A stretch of DNA of 64,000 nucleotides, from NCBI RefSeq assembly GCF_006345805.1, contig NW_021835457.1, forward strand, positions 1 through 64,000, in the 5' to 3' direction. The stretch's first letter is position 1, and each line of letters opens with the position of its first letter. The notes under the pieces are model-generated. The model was not told the origin of the DNA. It worked only from the letters and a program-made list of their open reading frames with translations, and ran no database searches. The stretch comes from Octopus sinensis (lineage: Eukaryota). The translations under genes and the position numbers were made by a program. Shown here in pieces: positions 59,596-64,000 of this stretch.

Positions 59596-60780
59596 TTATG
59601 GAGGTGACCAAATAATAAACTTACGGTTATTCATCGTCCTGAATCGACTTATTGAGGACGTACCACTCCGAATAAGTCCATTCCAATCTATTTCCGTGAA
59701 ATTTTTTATTTTTAGTTGTCCATTCTTCCGTGACTCGATCCTCCGTCTAAGCTTAGTCTCAAATTATAAAACTCGTTTCTTTTTGAGTAATTCGTAGAAC
59801 GAAGAAGTCTTTTTACACTCCACGAAATCCGCCCACTGGTTGAGTAGCCATTTGAAGACCTCATACTAAAATGACAGTGCAGTGACTACATGTGCTTCTC
59901 TAAACAAATATGGGTTCAAGTCATTGCAAGATTCGATCGTTTTGTCTGCAAGTGTCTTGCTTATAACAATTTGAATCGAAGGGGGGATTTGGGAGTTAAG
60001 GAAACAGTCAATGATCGAATTTACTTTTTGTCGGATTAACAATTCTGTGCACTTTGATAAAAACAGTTTCTGAACTCAAATTGACACCAAACCTTGTATT
60101 TTTGTACTTCATTCCAAAACAACAAGTTTTTATTGGAATTGGGGACCCGGCGTTGAAGGAACCTTTCAAAGTTGTTAAAAATGATTTGATCTTTCATCGA
60201 CGACCTGAAATGGTCAATGTCGACTTGATTCGGCTCCCATTTCTGTCTCGCCTGTTCATAAGTTCAAAAAACTCACTCGAATCGCAAGTTTGACAAAATG
60301 ACAGAAAGAAGTAGATTTGATGATTTTTTTAGAATCCGACAGTTTTTCCTGGAATCTCAAAAACGCGGGAATCCATTTATGGGTGATCCGTCTCGTCACT
60401 GCTGTTGCGAGAGTGTTGAGGACAGTTGAGGGAGGGACGGTGGAGAAGACTTTCTTCAACCCCCCACATTGATCAGTCACCTGAAAGGTGCAAGTCCGCG
60501 AATACCATTTTTTGTTCGAGTTTATTGGCGGGAGAATTTTTGCTGAAAAAATATTTGGTGTTGAGGTATTGTTTTTTTATTTTTTCAATTTGAACTTTTT
60601 TGGCAGAATTTGACAGTTTTTTTAAAGCTTCCAGGTCTTGCCAACATTCCAAGTCTATTATTGCTTTATTTTCTTTTAAAAATTTTTTAAAGCGCTCAAA
60701 TTCCATGCTATGAAAAAAGTCGGGTTTTTGTACCTATTTCGCATAAGGGACGTAATTGTGTGGGTTTTGGAATTATTCAT
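59596..60780 (-). CDS. RGS22: RGS22-like protein (C-terminal RGS-like domains only)
   Basis: MNNSKTHTITSLMRN|SMEFERFKKFL...DLECWQDLE...IKKQYLNTKYFFSKNSPA...LFWNEVQKY...FLNSQIPPSIQI...PYLFREA matches RGS22 as I recall it (DLMCWTDIE, KYLNKKYFFGPNSPA, PYVFREA). The 3' end is approximate. Confidence 0.75.
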
Positions 60781-61259
60781 TTTGAAGGGACTTGTTAAAA
60801 ACAGAAATTTAATGATTTTATTAATAATATATTAATTTAAATAATATTTAATTATTAATCAATTTCTATAATTGTTAAGTGATATTTCGTGTGTAATTGC
60901 TGGGTAATCACATGTACAATACATGTATTATAATAGCCTGATCATGCACAGTTTTTGATCATTAAAAGACCGTTTTGTAAAAAATATTCAATTAAATTAT
61001 GACAGGTTCAAGGTTTGCCATTAAAACTATTCCCTACTTTAATAATCCGTTTTGTTTGATTGCAGATCTAATAGAATTGGTTATCAGTGGTTAGCCGAAT
61101 GTCTTTTTGACAAAAAATTTGCAACATTGAAATATACAATGTCTAGGATAATGAAGGATATACCGTATATTATTTTCTAAAAATGTATTTTATTTTTTTA
61201 CATATAAGTTATAAATAAACGAATTAATAAATACACGTTTAGTCCTTGTGTGATCCTTA

Positions 61260-62915
61260 ATGGTTGTGACAAAAGAGAGCATAGATAACATTTCTTCTAT
61301 TTTTTTTAATGATTTTAAAAATATAAATGTAATTGTCGATTTGATTTCATACATGGAGGTAAAATGAGAATATAATTTCCTCAGAAACTGGAAAATAACA
61401 TGATAGAATATTCATCTAAAGCCCTTTCCAATATATTTTGCCACATAATACAACACAAAATATACGATGGCTCAGTCTGTGATACCAGTAAGTCAGTAAT
61501 ACATTCAAATAGGCCAGTCCAGTACAATCTTTTCAAAGTGGATAAGAAATAGATTTATTGAATATTTAAACACAGCCGAATCCTTCATTCAATCTTGCCC
61601 AAATCCCCAACACCGAGTTTATTTTCTCAATCATTCCCAGGCCTCGGTGATCGGTCACGTGATGGAAATAGCCAAGGTCAGTTCGAATGACCAGCAGAAT
61701 ACTCCCTTTTTGTTTAAAAACATAATCAAGGTCATTTATTGGACATAATGTGATAGAGAATCCTCAAAATTGTTTTGATAGTAGAAAACAGCGGAATTTC
61801 GACATTTTCCGTGTTTCGGTCATATTTAGGATACAAGGACGTGAAGCACTGCTCACTTACAGCTCTGATTCTGTTCAGTCGGACTAATTTAGTCGGGCTT
61901 TCTACATTTGTTCGTTTTTTGTTGATGTTGGATTGTCCCTCGGATTGTTTATTTAATCAAGAATTGCCTGATGGAGTCGCGGAAGTGAATTTTTCAACAA
62001 ATAAACGCTGTTATAGCAAAATATTGAATAACCTGCTGAGTTTTGAGAGCTATTCTGAAGAGGAAATGTGTTTCCTTGTGGAGTCATTTCACAAGATGTT
62101 GCCTCATGTGTCCAGTCCTACTCGTTTTTGTGATTTTATATTCGATAATCTCAGTCTGGGTTTGTTGTTGTTATTTATATGAAAGGAGGGAGAAGAGCCG
62201 TCCTCAGTCTCACTTCGGTATACTCCTTTATGGTCAATTACAACATGTATTTTGTTAGATATGATGTTTTCTAGTGAATGTCCGTCGATTTATGTGGATT
62301 TGTATTCTTTGATGACACCCGCTTTGTTCCAAATTAAGGAATGGGAACAATTTTTCCTTCAAACTGATAAATTTTTAGCTTCTTCGTATATTTAAAGTAG
62401 ATGACTTTTATAGACATTTGCCATCGACTTATGCACTTGCTTTTGCTAAAAAAGCTGCTCGATTGGCTCTGCATTTATTTTGTTATGGACCTTATGATAA
62501 CAATGAACTGATTCTGCAGTTCATCCTTAACATTATTGGCAGACATTCGTCTACGCAGATTCTTGTCAATCGTCCTGATGGCCTGTGTATTATATTTCTG
62601 TTATTGGATAGCTCTGGAGTCAGACCCTTTCTTGGTCGATGAAAGTGATCCGGAAAATTCGAATGCTGGATTGTCTTCTCTCTGGGAAATGAAAGTGTTT
62701 GAGTGCCACTACAAGTCTGCAGTGAGCACTCTGGCATCCAAGATATGTAATCCTGTGGGGGGCGAGGTTGTTAGAAACTTGTCTCTTTTGGTTGGAATTT
62801 CTAATGTTGTTTTTGTTGTGTAATTCTTAAGGACAAACAAAGTCTGTCATCGAGTGAACATCTTATTTCATTGCCAGAGATTGCCTCTGAACTATTGCCA
62901 TGTTGGTCTTGTTAA
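61260..62915 (+). CDS. NOC4L: Nucleolar complex protein 4 homolog (CBF/Mak21 family)
   Basis: MVVTKES...NINVIVDLISYME|K...KWIRNRF...YVDLYSLM..LFQIKEWEQFF..TDKFLASS|HLPSTYALAFAKKAARLAL...IIGRH...DPF...DPENSNAGLSSLWEM...HY...CWSC*. Confidence 0.88.
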
Positions 62916-64000
62916 TCAAATCTTTTGATACAAATACATTTCTTTAAATTTAATAACGTTGTATTTCTGATATAGAGTTTGGAGCCATTGTAATTTAAAA
63001 AACGCTTTTTAAAATGCATGGAACTATCAATGTCTGAGTGCTCGACATGTATCTTTAAGAGCATCTAAAGTTTGGCAATAATGTAATATTCCGTCCAAAG
63101 GAGCCTCATCTTTACAATTAATGCAGTATAAAAAGCAATTTTCAATGTACATTACGTATTGACTGTGACTACTGCACATGACAAGTGACAGTAAAGACAA
63201 AAAGTGGAACAATGAAATATTAGAATAAATAATCATGTTAATTAATTAGTGTCAACTAATATTTTATTTAATCAATCTTTGGTGCATATCAGATTGCTTG
63301 ATATACAGACATAGGTTGCAATCTATTGTAAGTAAACTAATCTACCATATTCATCCTCAGTTCTTAATGTTGTCTTTTGGATTCATTTGAAAAATATGAT
63401 TCTCAAAGTTGTTTTGGACAGAAAGTGGTTTATCCATTTGTAAATCACTATGTTTATATCTTTTGAATCACAAGAAGGAGAATTGTTAACCAAGTTAAAC
63501 AACGTTCGCACAAACAGTGGTCTACGAATTCTTAAATGAATCTTTCCTGGAGCTTGAAAACATTTTAAGTGTTGTTTTGGGTCGCCTATTGACAGGAGAA
63601 GCCAATTACTTTGGACTTGAATATAAACATATGCTACTCTCGTTTCAAATTTTGATGGAAAATGATTTGTTTATACGCTTGCAGCTAAAGTAAGAGGCCC
63701 TAGAGTATATTAGTCAGTGATTCTTTCTTGGTTTGATGCAGTTAGAGGAATTATGATTACTACTCAAAAAAGTTGGTATCTAAGAATAATTCAATTAAAT
63801 AATCAACATATTAAATAGAAAAGATTTACTCCGTAATTTTCTTGTCATTCTGCGTCGGTCTCGTGAATGTGTTTTTCCTTAAAAGTAAAGTTAATATATT
63901 AAAATAATTATGTTGATGAGTTTTTTGGTCTACTCATGTTAGCTTTGAGTTTAAATTACTTAAAGGGATGCGTCTAAAAAGAGGAACTGTCCACCAACAC

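Noticed and set aside
831-62915. Alternative genetic code (stop-codon reassignment) explaining the short ORFs
   Set aside because: Internal stops vanish once tiny GT-AG introns are removed. Genes end in TGA (CAF1, HSD17B7), TAA (TatD, NOC4L) and TAG (GBA2, DNAJA).
63027-64000. Small secreted protein (69 aa, minus strand) and a possible + strand gene at the window end
   Set aside because: I could not build a consistent exon chain or recognise a family. There may be a real gene here, but it is unsupported.

Overview
This is AT-rich eukaryotic nuclear DNA, most likely from a metazoan, in the standard genetic code (TAA, TAG and TGA all act as stops). Host genes are broken by very short GT-AG introns, mostly 20-36 nt, so the ORF track shows only fragments. 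By splicing manually I reconstructed CAF1/CNOT7-8, HSD17B7, cornichon, TATDN1, GBA2, DHX34, OMA1, a DNAJA co-chaperone, a short RGS22-like gene, NOC4L, one unrecognised multi-exon gene, and a C-type-lectin-domain gene interrupted by a hAT transposon. Tiny introns in animal-type genes, plus the cilia-associated RGS22, best fit a dicyemid-like ciliated parasite. That is inference; a myxozoan or other compact-intron animal is not excluded. Between the gene islands lies a dense, nested set of transposons: three full-length non-autonomous Helitrons carrying ~94-bp minisatellites, two CGGBP1-like hAT elements with perfect 8-bp TSDs, Buster hATs, Tc1/IS630, pogo, Ginger2-like integrases, several LINE types and a tRNA-derived SINE family. 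The most unusual signal is a strand-composition flip inside each recognised host gene: C/A-rich at the 5' end and G/T-rich at the 3' end, including in introns and synonymous sites. Also notable are intron-retaining DnaJ and TatD fragment duplications and repeated ~100-140-bp direct repeats. All identifications come from motif recognition by eye; no searches were run. Homopolymer and dinucleotide indels suggest long-read consensus errors, so frameshifts are weak evidence of pseudogenisation.
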